62,005 nucleotides of DNA, taken from contig NC_068986.1 in NCBI RefSeq assembly GCF_001194135.2, positions 49,786,533-49,848,537 on the forward strand. The letters run 5' to 3'. The position numbers and the translations under genes were made by a program. Position 1 is the stretch's first letter. Each line of letters begins with the position of its first letter. Below, in pieces: positions 13,412 to 25,362 of this stretch. The stretch comes from Octopus bimaculoides (lineage: Eukaryota). The notes beneath the pieces were generated by a model. That model was given only the letters and a program-made list of their open reading frames with translations, made no database searches and was not told where the DNA came from.

Positions 13412-13643
13412 CCCTTTAGCATTCAAACCAGCCATATCTGACCCAAATATTCCACTTATTTTATGTTCAAAAAACTGGCCAGATCTTGCCCCTCACAAAT
13501 ACCCTACAATATCATTCTAAAAATAAACAGTCACATCATCATCATCATCATAACCTTGAAGTTTCAAGATAATGCATGATTAATTCAAAATAATGTGAAT
13601 GAATAAGCATTATGTTTGATAGAGTAACCAGAATGCTAAAGAG
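13412..13643. mobile_element. piggyBac-type MITE (family P2)
   Basis: TIRs CCCTTTAGCATTC / GAATGCTAAAGAG with TTAA at the right end. Homologous copies at about 1533-1745, 29878-30092, 30093-30332, 36860-36987, 37040-37130 and 47641-47839. Confidence 0.8.
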
Positions 13644-13769
13644 TTAAGAGCCAAAACAAATTCTAGCACAAAGTATTTTCTCTAAGCCTCATATGATTCT
13701 GCCAATTCCCCAAGATTTTTGATTTAAGTACAAGACTGGAAAGTTCCAAGAGAGGAATAGTTGTATGTT

Positions 13770-14130
13770 GATGCTGGGCCTCACAGAGGTGGTCACAAAG
13801 GACTCAGACTTCTGGCAGTTTGCTGCGCTTGAGAAGACATGCCAAGCTAATTAAAACCATTGTTGTCCTTGCATACAGCTATGACCCCTGCGTCTCTCTT
13901 CAGCTGAGCAATCAACATCTTATGGGCTCATGGGTGCTGGGACCACGTAAAAGCATCCAAGCCAGTACCACATAAAAGCACCCAATACACCCTGTAAAGT
14001 AGTTGGCATTAAGGGCATCCAGCCAGAGGAACCATGTCAAAACAGACATGGAATTCTTCATCTGGTCGGCTCCTGTCAAACTGTCCAACCCATGCCATCG
14101 AAGAAAACAGACGTTAAATAATGGATTATG
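13770..14130 (+). mobile_element. Shorter RTE 3' end plus family C UTR
   Basis: MLGLTEVVTKDSDFWQFAALEKTCQAN* aligns with the 19415 copy. Confidence 0.7.
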
Positions 14131-14791
14131 ATAATCAACTAGCAGTTTAAACTTATCCAACTTATGCAAGTACGGAACAGATGATGATGATACCAGAAGA
14201 ATACATTGGAGAATGAAGCCCTTAATTTTTTAAGCTGGTCATAGGTGGAATGCCTTTGACCTTGGATCCCTTTTATCAAGGCTGAGGTGGAACTAAACAA
14301 CAACAGTAACAGTAACAACAACCACATTGGATTTTTCAAGCATACTGACATATTGAACAATTCATTAGACAAAAGATTGGAAATCGAAAGTAAGAACCGC
14401 AATATAACTATATGCTGAAGAGGAGTGGAATAACGCTACAAATGGAGATTGGTCATTCTTCTATCATCCACACCATACGTTCTCATGCATGCACACGGGC
14501 ACAAGCGCATGCATGCACACATTGCAAAGTAGAGATCAAAAGAAATGTGGTTAAGTCAATTTACCCTTGTGCACACATAGATACACACATACACACATAA
14601 ATACACACACACGAATGGAAAATATATTCCATCCTTCAGAACAGGTGTGACAAGTTGATTGTGAGAACATATCTTCATACAACAGAGATAGATAGAGGAA
14701 TAACAACAACAGCTAAGAAATAAATGCAGACCATTATAACTGAAATAAGTGATAGCCAGAAGGGAGAGACGATAGATAGACAGACAGATAC

Positions 14792-14840
<49 letters not shown>

Positions 14841-16056
14841 CAGATAGATAGATAGATAGAGAGGGAGAGATCACAGCTGAGTGGGTTTCAGTAGAGTGAG
14901 GTATAACTGTCTGAAGGCTTCATATTTAAAAAGTTTCTTACAGTTAAGAAGATTGATATGATATAGGCACTTATGGGGAAATGATGTGGAGAGGCTATGG
15001 GTGGCAGGGCGAGGGCAGCGGTGTCGGGTGATGCGATTAGTGCCTAAGAAGTGGTGGCGGCGATTACACAAACATTGTGAGAGCAGATGTCAGAAACTGG
15101 TTACTGATTGATAGATGCAGAAATGGATACAGACTGCAAAAGGTAATAGAGCTTTCTCCAACCTTGTTTTTGTTTCTATTTTATTTATTACTATTCTATC
15201 TTTATTTGTGTTTTTCTTTTTGCGTGTGCATGCACATCTGTCACTCCTCTACTCACTTTTTTAAGTCTCCCATATCAGAGAGAGAGAGAGAGAGAGAGAC
15301 TAACAGACAGACAGATAGAGGGAGGGAGAGAGAGGGAAAGAAATACAGGATGGAGAAAAGAAGTTTGGTGAAAACATGTTCTTTTGTTTGTAGTTTAGTT
15401 TAGTCAGGCAGAGTAGCTGTGTTTTTGGTGGTGACCTTCATAGCTCCTCTGAGACTGGTGGCAAGGATGAGGTTTAAAATGAGCTGATCCTACCGAGCTA
15501 ATCTCAAATGAGTTCCCACATAAAAAGATTCAACATGGCTGCTGAATATTTTTAGTACTAACACATCTGAGGTTACCTCTGGTCCCAAGTGATCTGAAAG
15601 AACCCATATGAAAATGATCTTCTTGAAATTGATACCTTAAATAAAATTACTCCTCTAATATAAATCATAGAGTCGAGATATTGGTTAGCAAAATTCTTTT
15701 TTATGCATAAAAACCTCCATGGATTTTATACAAGAAACCCTTTAAGTTGTTGTATTCAAAAAACCAACTATTACAACAATACATCCAAGAAAGAAAAATG
15801 TTTTGACCTGCTAAAATCAAATGTTAAATTCCCTTCAAATCCCATATTATACTCTAAAGAAAAAAAAAACACTGTGTAATGTAGCCCTAAATACACTGTC
15901 CACAGAAAATGATGGCTTATGTATGGATTAAATTATCTTGCTTCATGTCTTCTGACTAAACAGCAACTGATAAATTCCTGATTATCATCATCATAATCAT
16001 TTAACGTCCCTTTTTCCATGCTGGTATGGGTTGGATGGGTTGACAGGCACTGACAA

Positions 16057-16290
16057 GGCGGTGAGCTGGCAGAAACATTAGCATGCCGGGCGAAATGCTT
16101 AGCGGTACTTTGTCTGCTGTTACATTCTGAGTTCAAATTCCATCATGGTCAACTTTGCCTTTCATCGTTTTGGGGGTCGATAAATTAAGTACCAGTTACG
16201 CACTGGGGTTGATATAATCGACTTAATCCCTTTGTCTGTCTTTGTTTATCCCCTCTGTGTGTAGCCCCTTGTGGGCAAATAAAGAAATAG
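16057..16290 (+). mobile_element. tRNA-type SINE family B
   Basis: Head AAGGCGGTGAGCTGGCAGAA...GAGTTCAAATTCC. Further copies at about 3228-3880 (three in tandem), 10005-10220(-), 34050-34230, 45800-46010(-), 46640-47400(-), 57330-57500(-) and 58450-58660(-). Confidence 0.85.
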
Positions 16291-17514
16291 GTTTGACAGG
16301 CACTGACGAGCCAGAGGGTTGTACTGAGATTCAATGTCTGCTTTGATGCTGTTTTCTCACCTAATACCAACCACAACAGAGCGTACTGCATGTCTGCTAA
16401 GTTCACTGTCCTCAATTCACCACAGGGAAAGTTTTCCATCATCAATTTACCATTTTTTTTTTTATCAATAAAATAGCTTTTAAGTATTAATGGCGAGAAA
16501 TACTATGAATATATTTTCTAGGTAAACTTTCTTTGGAGTGAACTTTCCCTGTAACAAATTCATGGTGGTGAACTTACCTGTAATCAAGTGTACTAAGTGG
16601 TTTTTACACAGCGCCCAATACTGGTGAGGTCACCAAATAACTTGCAAGAAAAGTATTGAAGGAGGTGAAATTATAATAAAGGGGCAGGAACAGGTATCTT
16701 GCTGAAGAAATGAATACTCAGCTCCCCTAGCTAGAGAGAGAGAGAGAGATATGTGGGGGGAAGTGGGGGAGGGTGATGAGGGTGTACCCTTGAATATAAG
16801 AGAGAGGAATGAGAAAGAGGAAAGGTTGATGAGAGGGTTGGTTAAGTGTCCCAGAGTGTGAAAGACAATCAGAGACTGGAAATCAAGAGGATGCAGTGAA
16901 TATCTAGAAGATATAAAAAAAAACATATGCTGCCCCCTGGCATATGTAGCCTTTTTCTGTCTGAAAGAGTTAAGAGCCCCATCTGAGAGATTTTGGAAAA
17001 TAAGAAAGATTGAAAGATTAAAGGGTTAATAATATAAAGAATAGGTACAAAGGTGGAGAAATGTCCTTTGTAGTGTCAATATTATGAAATAACAAACAAA
17101 AAATAATTTTACTGGTGGCAGCATTCAAATGTGTTATGAGGAAATAATTATGCAACCTGGTAGTAATGTGTTGCACTGGTGATCACAGGATCATGGTTTC
17201 ACTGCCATGCGGTGGGACTGAACCCAGAACCATGTGATTGGGAATCATTTGGTGGTGTGTTGTGTTGTTGAGCAAAACATTTTATTTCAAGTTGTTCCAG
17301 TTCACTGAGCTATAAATGAGTGAGTAACCCTATGACAGACTGGCATCCCACTGAGTGGGGTGGTTGTAATCTCAGTCACTTACACATCAAGGAAACCAGG
17401 TAGCTGGCTCAGTGAGCCTTAGGACTCAAGACAGTAAAGTCCAGGGGTTGCTAATGATGAGGGGGAAGAGGAGGAAGAAAAACAAAACAAAAAAATTAAA
17501 GCAACTTAATAAGT

Positions 17515-17858
17515 TTTTCTTTTATTATTTTACTTGTTTTAGTGGAAGAAATCGACCCTAGGATTTATTCTTTGTAAGCCTAGTACTTATTCTCTTGGTC
17601 TATTTTGTTGAACCGCTAAGTTATGGGGACATAAACACACCAACATCAGTTGTCAAGCAACGGTGGCAGAGACAAACAGACACACACACATAAACATATA
17701 CACACACAACAGGCTTCTTTCAGTTTCTGTCTAACAAATCCATTGATAAGGCTTTGGTCAGCCCAAGGTTATAGTAGAAGACACTCGCCCAAGGTGCCAT
17801 GCAGTGGAACTGAACCCAGAACCATGTGGTTGAGAATCAAGCTTCTTACAACAGAGCC
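17515..17858 (-). mobile_element. SINE family A
   Basis: Both halves present, with a partial deletion. Confidence 0.8.
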
Positions 17859-19034
17859 ACGTTTCAGCAAATATGGGAGACAATTCTTGATAAGTTTTAG
17901 TATTATTATGACCTCATCAGAGAAGAAAACACTTTACCATACCTGCTAGAGTAGGAACACAAGAATTACTAAGTAAATATACATGATTCCACATTGACTA
18001 GCATAGAAAACTAGAATATAAATTAAGGATATAAATTACTAAGCTGATTAGCAAAGGAAGCTAGAATATAAAATGTAACGAATATAAATTACTTAGTGAC
18101 TTCATCTGCATGAAAAAAACAATAGTTATGACAATGTTTATTTGTACAAATTCAGTTATATAAGGGTCAGTGTATTCTTCACTAGAAAATCCTAAAAATG
18201 CTCTCACCTTACACAGAATCGGTTTTTGAACTGAGGCTAGAAAAAATCTACACCTAACTGAGAATCATCAAAAACAATAATTAAAACGTTTGAATAACAA
18301 TAATAGTAACAACAACAACACCAAAAGGTCAGCAATTTTGGGTGGGGTAGTCAGTTACATCGACCTCAGAAGTGAACCAGTATTTATTTTATTGATCTTG
18401 AAATGATGCAACCCCAGTGTAATTTGAACTCAGAATGTAAGGAGTCAAAAGAAATATAGCAAGCCATTATGTCTGGCACCACTAACAATTTATGTCACCT
18501 CACCATCTCAAAAACAATAATAACAACTGTTAATAAAATACAGTTAAAGTTTTTATCCTAGTGGGTTTTAAAATTTTTTTTTTTTTAAATATGTATTTGG
18601 TTTATATTGTATTTCTCATCAGTTTCTTCTTTGGGAGATTTCTGGAAAAATAGAATCTCTGAAATTCCAAAGTATCCAAGACATTTGCAGGAAACCATCA
18701 TCAAAACATGCTAGAAGCTTTTGTATATTTCTTTCTTCCTGGTTGTCATTTTTTGGTTTTGTTTGGTTTCAGATATGGTTAATTATTTGATTAATTGATT
18801 GAATAATTGATTGACTTGTAGTAATACAGATAGAAATAAATAAATATTCAAGTGAAATGGACATTAAGAATGCTGGCTGTGTAACACATCAGAATGTGGA
18901 TATCAATGAGGAAATATTAATGTGGTCAGACAATAGTGGGGACAGCAGGGTGGACAGCAGAATGTAGTGGTTTTCAATTGGGGTCCAATTAACCCTTGGC
19001 GGTCCATGTAAGATTTTGTTGTTAAATTTTATTG

Positions 19035-19302
19035 GCACCTTGGGCAAGTGTCTTCTACTATAGCCTCAGGCCAACCAAAGCCTTGTGAGTGGATTTGGTA
19101 GATGGAAACTGAAAGAAGCCCGTTGTATATATGTATATGTGTTTGTCTCCCTAACATTGCTTGACAACCGATGCTCGTGTTGGGACCGATAGAATAAGTA
19201 CTAGGCTTCCAAAGAATAAGTCCTGGGGTCGATTTGCTCGACTACAGGCTGTGCTCCAGCATGGCCGCAGTCAAATGACTGAAACAAGTAAAAGAGTAAA
19301 AG
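19035..19302 (+). mobile_element. SINE family A (5'-truncated, internal deletion)
   Basis: Homology to the 12369 copy. Confidence 0.8.
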
Positions 19303-19414
19303 ACGGCAATAAATTGGTTATACTTCTACAATACACAAAATACATTAAGAATTATTTCCTAAATAATACTTAATTAAAAAAATATAATATCATTTTTTAA
19401 ACATAGAATATCAG

Positions 19415-19895
19415 CTGCATAAAGAAGTGCTGAGCTCTAATTGTGGAGGGTACTCGAGGAAGAGGTAGACCCAGGAAGACATGGGACGAAATTGTGAGAA
19501 AGTATCTTCGATGACTGGGCCTCACTGAGGAAATGACAAGGGACCAGGAAATGTAGTAATTTGCTGTACTTGATAAGATACGTCAAGCTAAGTAAAATTG
19601 CAGTCTTCCATACACATAGGCTTGTGCTTTCAGGTGCCAGTGCCACTTAAAAAGCACCAGTGCCGCTGCTGTGTCACTGCATCTGTGCCACATAAATGCA
19701 TCCATGCCATTGACACCTAAGTAGCACCCAGCACACTTTGTTAAATAATTGGCATTAGGAAGGGCATCCAGCTGTAAAAACCATGCCTCAACAGACAGTT
19801 GGAGTCTGGACAGCTCACTGCTGGACAGCTCACTGCTAGCCAGCTCCATGTCAAACCATCTAACCCAGGTCAACATGCAGAGCAGACATATGATG
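19415..19895 (+). mobile_element. RTE-clade LINE 3' end (ORF C-terminus plus 3' UTR)
   Basis: Translates IKKC*ALIVEGTRGRGRPRKTWDEIVRKYLR*LGLTEEMTRD...AVLDKIRQAK*, a typical RTE C-terminus. Followed by the family C repeat and a GAT tail. Confidence 0.85.
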
Positions 19896-20851
19896 ATGGT
19901 TATGAGAATGACAAGGAGGGCCCATCTGAGTAACTTGGGAATCAAAGGTGACCATAAGTAAAAAAATAGCCAAGAAACATTGGTGTAAACAGTAGAGTAT
20001 GTACAATACTATAGGCAGAGGTGCATGGCATTATGGTATGCATGACATGCAGCGTTCATTTATTTGCTTTTATATTTAACTTCTTTATTAGTGATATAAG
20101 CAGTATTAGGTCAACATAGCATTCTGTACATCATAACTAGTGCAGATATATAGAAGGCAACATTTAACTTCTGTTTTTCCATACTTCAATGCTTACACAA
20201 ATAATTATTTTAAGGCAGAATTTTTTTTTATCTAGATGTTCTGGATATAAAAACATTTTATCTCCAAAGCATCACCTTACATCACAGAGGAAACCCCTAA
20301 TTGATAGAACAGGGTGCTCGACTTTGGTTTCACTTTGGTCTCACTTTTGGGACACCGTTTCTTTGTTTCTATTCAATAGATACTTTGATAGGCATTGTTA
20401 GCTTTGTCTTCTACGTTTTGCTTGCTTTATAGTCAATAGACTGCGGCCATGCTTGAGCACCACCTTGAAGGGTTGAGCTGAACAAATTGATGCCAGTATG
20501 TATCTAAGTTTGGTACTTATTCAATCTGTCTTTTTTGTCAAACTGCTAAGTTACAGAGATGTAACCAAACCAACAGCAGTTGTCAAGCAATGGTGTGATG
20601 CATAGTTGTGTGGTAAGAAGATAGCTTTTCAACTATATTTCTGGGTTCAATTACACTATGAGGCACCTTGGACAGATGTCTTCTACTAAAGCCCAGGGTT
20701 GACTAAAGCTTTAAGGAAACTGAACAAAAACAGACAAGGAGGGTTGTTGGACCGGAATGAAAAGAAAATAGAGAACACTGGGAGAGACAGGTTTTGAAAA
20801 GAGAGAAGATAGAAGAAAGAAAAAATGTCCAGTCATTTAGATGTCCAAGCA

Positions 20852-20954
20852 GGAAAAGATGGTCGTGTAAGGAAAAGATGGTCGCGTAAGGAAAAGATGG
20901 TCGCGTAAGGAAAAGATGGTCGCGTAAGGAAAAGATGGTCGCGTAAGGAAAAGA
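20852..20954. repeat. 19-bp minisatellite, 5 units plus a partial unit
   Basis: GGAAAAGATGGTCGCGTAA x5 with one C>T in unit 1; no spacers. Confidence 0.95.
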
Positions 20955-21180
20955 AGGATGGGCGACGGTCACGTGTGAGCAACAAGAGAGAGAGAAAGGG
21001 AAAGTGAGGGGTGAGAGAAAGATTAAAAAAATGGTGATGGGGGGGGGTAGAAACGGAATTAGAGAAGGATGGAGGAAGAAAGAAGCAAAGACAAGAGGGA
21101 GAAAACAGCACAGAGTAAAGAGCCGAAGAAAATGGGTGAACATAAACTTACTTGGGAATGGATGCGTCATGTTCAATTAC

Positions 21181-21223
<43 letters not shown>

Positions 21224-21478
21224 TACACACACATATACACACACACACACATGCATATATGGGTACAGGACATCACCAACAGTGCAAATAACATACACGC
21301 AAGGGATAGATATACATATATATATATACGATGGGCTTCTTACAATTTCTGCTTACCAAATCCACTCACAAGGCTTTGGTTGGCCCGAGGCTATAGTAGA
21401 GACACTTGCCCAAGGTGCCACACAGTAGGACCAAACCTGGAACCATGTGGTTGGGAAGCAAGCCCCTTACCACACAGC

Positions 21479-21509
<31 letters not shown>

Positions 21510-22171
21510 TAATACGATAGGCTTCCACACAGTTTCCATTAACCAAATTTACTCGAAAGGCATTGACCAGTCTTGGCTCATAACAGAAGACACCTGCCCA
21601 TGATGCCCCACAGTGTGACTGAACCTGACACCACATGGTAAATAAGGGAGTTTCTAAACCATGCAGCCATGCCTGCACCTATATGCTGAACCTTTCCCTC
21701 TTATTCCTCATCTGACGTTTACTAATCATGTGACTTATCTTCCCTACCCTTTAACTAGTGTTCCTACTCTACTAGTCTCTTTCCTTGAACAGCTTTCCTA
21801 TGGAACTCTACTCCTCCTTTCTGTTTCCCAGATAGATGTGATCGTAATCATAATTCCTTTGAAACTTGCAATGGTCATTTTATGATTCTTTGCGTAGCAT
21901 CTCCTCAGATGTAGATATTTTTCTTTCGTTTCATGTGTAAGTCCCAACACACTAAGCAGTTATTTCAAGCCAGTTTCACTTGTCACCATATTGGGAATAA
22001 TTTCTAACAGCAATAAAAAAAAAAATGGGAGAGAGACAGACAGACAGAGGAGATAGAGATAGCAAGAGAGAAAGGGAAAGAGAAAGAGAGTTTGTGTCTA
22101 TATATATATATATGTATATGTATGTATGTAGTAAATAGGTTCATATTGCTGTGTCATGAGATGTAAGAAAC

Positions 22172-22205
22172 TAATGTTTCGGGCAGAGCTTCCTCGTCTG
22201 AGAGA
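22172..22205 (-). ncRNA. Decayed Penelope-type hammerhead-like motif
   Basis: Minus strand: CAGACGA-GG(AA)GC tct GCCC-GAAACATT. The core is one change from CUGACGA and stem II can form. AACATT would be CpG-decayed AACGTT. Stem I is largely lost. Confidence 0.3.
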
Positions 22206-22488
22206 TTTTTGCCAAAGTGGACCATCACTAGCTTACCAATTCTCCTGACTACGTTTCCTTAGTATGACTTGGAATGAAATAAGAAATATAGCCTAGTTTG
22301 ACCTGTGATACTTTTCTGTAAGAATTGACGGCAGAATTAATGAGAGAGAGAGAGAGAGAGAGAGAAAGAGCATTAATGAAGAAAGACTCGAGACAATATA
22401 TAATAAATAACACAGACAACCAACACTTCCAAACCAGTAGCCTGAGCTTCCCCAGGGATATGTTCTCTTTCCTATCCTTTTTCAATAG

Positions 22489-22594
22489 CTTTACACAGCT
22501 GAACTTGAAGTTGTTATGCCCCGTCCTCACCATCCCACATTACAACACATGCAGACAAGCAGACAACAGCAGCACCACAACAATATACACTCAG
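22489..22594 (+). CDS. Isolated internal exon candidate of an unidentified gene
   Basis: Acceptor tcctatcctttttcaatag| and donor CAG|gtaaga; 106 nt of non-repeat sequence. Frame 0 gives LYTAELEVVMPRPHHPTLQHMQTSRQQQHHNNIHS; a second frame (FTQLNLKLLCPVLTIPHYN...) is also open. Protein not recognised. Confidence 0.5.
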
Positions 22595-22807
22595 GTAAGA
22601 AAACTATCAAAAACACATTACAAAACACATCATAACTCAAAGCAGATCAGTCAGGATTCATGTACAGCCAATGATGTGGGAAATTGGTGGGAAGCCAGAT
22701 TAGACAATAGAGGAAGATATGAATGTTTCTGTGTAGAGGACGGAAGTGGAGGAGTTAATTCATTATTACAGTGAAAGAGGAGTCTTAACACACACACACA
22801 CACACAC

Positions 22808-23029
22808 TTATTTCAGTCATTTGACTGCAGCCATGCTGGGGCACCAGCTTGGAGGGTTTTAGTCGAACAAATCAACCCTAGGACTAATTTTTTTTTACAC
22901 CTAGTACTTATTCTAGCAGTCTCTACTGCCAAACTGCTAAGTGATGGGAGTTACAAACACACCAGTTGTCAAGCAATGGTGGGGTGGGGCAAACGTAGAC
23001 ACAAAGACACATACACATAGATATATATA

Positions 23030-23080
<51 letters not shown>

Positions 23081-23242
23081 NNNNNNNNNNTCTTTCAGTT
23101 TCTATCTACCAAATCCACTCACAAGGCTTTGGTCAGCCCGAAGCTATAGTAGAAGACACTTGCCCAAGGTACCATGCAGTGAGACTGAACCCAGAACCAT
23201 GTGGTTGGGAAAAAAGCGTCTTACCACACAGCCATGCCTACA
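22808..23242 (-). mobile_element. SINE family A, full length
   Basis: Both halves present; 10-N gap in the internal microsatellite. Confidence 0.8.
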
Positions 23243-23249
23243 CCGATAT

Positions 23250-23375
23250 ATTTATTATTCTCATACAAGGATATTGCTGAGAGTGACTTTGAAGTTTCAC
23301 CCAGCTAGGCCATCATCAGCTGGCTGAAACTTCGAAGTCACCGTTAACAACATCCTTGTAATAAGAATAATAAAT
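23250..23375. repeat. 126-bp fold-back (about 57-bp imperfect inverted arms, 11-nt loop) with a hammerhead-like core on the minus strand
   Basis: Arm 23250-23306 matches the reverse complement of 23318-23375 with about 8 mismatches and 1 gap (manual alignment). The minus strand reads CTGATGA (23319-23313)...GAAAC (23298-23294)...GTC (23287-23285). Confidence 0.8.
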
Positions 23376-24235
23376 TTGTACAGTAGAAAAGTAACACACC
23401 AGATTAATGCAAAATTGTTTTTATTATAAGTGGACATAAAAACAAACATTAGTGTGTGTGTGTGTGTGTGTGTGCGTGTGTGTGTAAGAGGGAAATAGAT
23501 GAGTAAAAGAGACATGAAAAGTTAATACATAGACAAACATGGGTAGAAACATAATCTTTTGTTTATATTTTATCTTCTACTTGTTCCAGTCATTGGACAG
23601 CAGTCAGGTTGGGGATGCTGCCTTTACAAGTTTATTCAAACAAATCAACTCAAGTACTTATTTGGTTTGTTTTTTTTTGTTGTTTTTTTTTTAAAGTTTC
23701 TTGTGTCTTTGATAGCCCCTCCCCCCTCCATACTGCCACTCATTTGGCAACCGGTGTTGATTTGTTTACATTCTTGTAATATAGTGACATCCCAGCAAGG
23801 CTGCAATTCAATGACTGTGGCTAGTGAGTGTGTGTGTAAGCACACATATTTCTCAAGCAGATAGCTTCTGGTTCAGTCTCACCACATGGTACCTCCGGCA
23901 AGTGTCTTCTACTGAAGACCTGGGACAACAAAAGCCTTGTGAGCAGATTTAGCAGATGGAAAGATAGAAACACACTGAAGCTCATCTAAAACCTAAACAT
24001 GAATATGTGTGTGTGTGTGTGTGTGTTAATGTCTGCTTGTCTTGCTTTCATGTGATAGTCGTAAATGAATGTCATACAAGCAATGTTTGATGTTTCTAAT
24101 CTTCCGTGCAAATATTAGCTTACTTGCAAACAGGTGATAAATGGCGAGAGGAAGGACATCCAGCTGTAGCAGATCTGCCTCAATGAAGTCTGTCCGACCC
24201 ATGCAAGCATGGAAAAGTGAGCATTAAAAACGATA

Positions 24236-24361
24236 ACCACATGGTTCCGAGTTCATTCCCACTGTGTAGCACCTTGGGCAAGTGTCTTCTACTATAGCCT
24301 CGGGCTGACCAAAGCCTTGTGAGTGGATTTGGTAGACGGAAACTGAAAGAAGCCTGTCGTA

Positions 24362-24426
<65 letters not shown>

Positions 24427-24660
24427 GTATGTGTGTGTGTATGTATATGTGTCTCTGTTTGTCCCCCCCCCCAACATCGCTTCACAACCGATGCCGGTCT
24501 GTTTACGTCCCCGTAACTTAGCAGTTCGGCAAAAGAGACCGATAGAATAAGTACTAGGCTTACAAAGAATAAGTCCTGGGGTCGATTTGCTCGACTAAAG
24601 GCGGTGCTCCAGCATGGCCACAGTCAAATGACTGAAACAAGTAAAAGAGTAAAAGAGTAA
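24236..24660 (+). mobile_element. SINE family A, young copy with truncated head
   Basis: Near-identical to the 53921 copy; CpGs retained. Confidence 0.9.
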
Positions 24661-25324
24661 TGAGACATATATTATCATCATCATCATTTAATGTCCATTA
24701 TTTGTGCTGGCATGGGATGAATAGCTTGAAAGGAGGCTAGCCAGCTGAAGAGCTGCCCAGGCTCCATGTCCGTTTTGGCATGGTTTCTACAGCTAGATAC
24801 CCTTCTTAATGTGAACCACTTTACAGAGTGTGTTAAGTGCTTTTACGGGGCACCAGCACCCGCAAGCCTGCAAAATCAGAATCACTTGGCTGAAAAGGGA
24901 TGTCGGGGACATGCCTGCATACAGGGACAGTCACGACATTACTTAGCTTGATGTGTCTGCTCAAGCACAGAAAACCACCAGAAGTCTCGGGTGTATGTAT
25001 ATATATATAGAAATTAAATGATAACGAAAGGAAGAACAATGTTTAAGAACAGGCAAAAAAGCACAATATCAGAAGGTGGTTAGTGTCATAGAAAGAGTTT
25101 CTCGTTTGAAAGAAAGATCTTGGACAGAGAGGGGGGAGGAGAGAGAGGCTAAGACAACAAAATAAAAGTTAATAAATAAAACAAATAGCAATACACATGC
25201 ACACATAAACACACACATACAAACACACTGAATGATTAAGATGGGGATGGGTAAGGCAAAGTTAAGAGTTTAAAAAATGGAAGGGATTGTAAGTTAAAAA
25301 AAAAACTAAAGACAGATAATAATA

Positions 25325-25362
<38 letters not shown>

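Noticed and set aside
14280-14392. Exon ending ATCGAAA|gtaaga
   Set aside because: The 5' part is a retroelement tail with (AAC)n, and the acceptor is weak.
16578-16621. Minus exon with CAG|GTAAGT donor
   Set aside because: The donor coincides with one unit of the local GTGAACTTWCC repeat motif.
17855-17925. Minus-strand CTGATGA...GAAACGT hammerhead
   Set aside because: No stem I and weak stem II; the GAAACGT part overlaps a SINE end.
20852-20954. Possible CRISPR array
   Set aside because: The repeats are contiguous with no spacers, there are no cas genes, and the context is eukaryotic.
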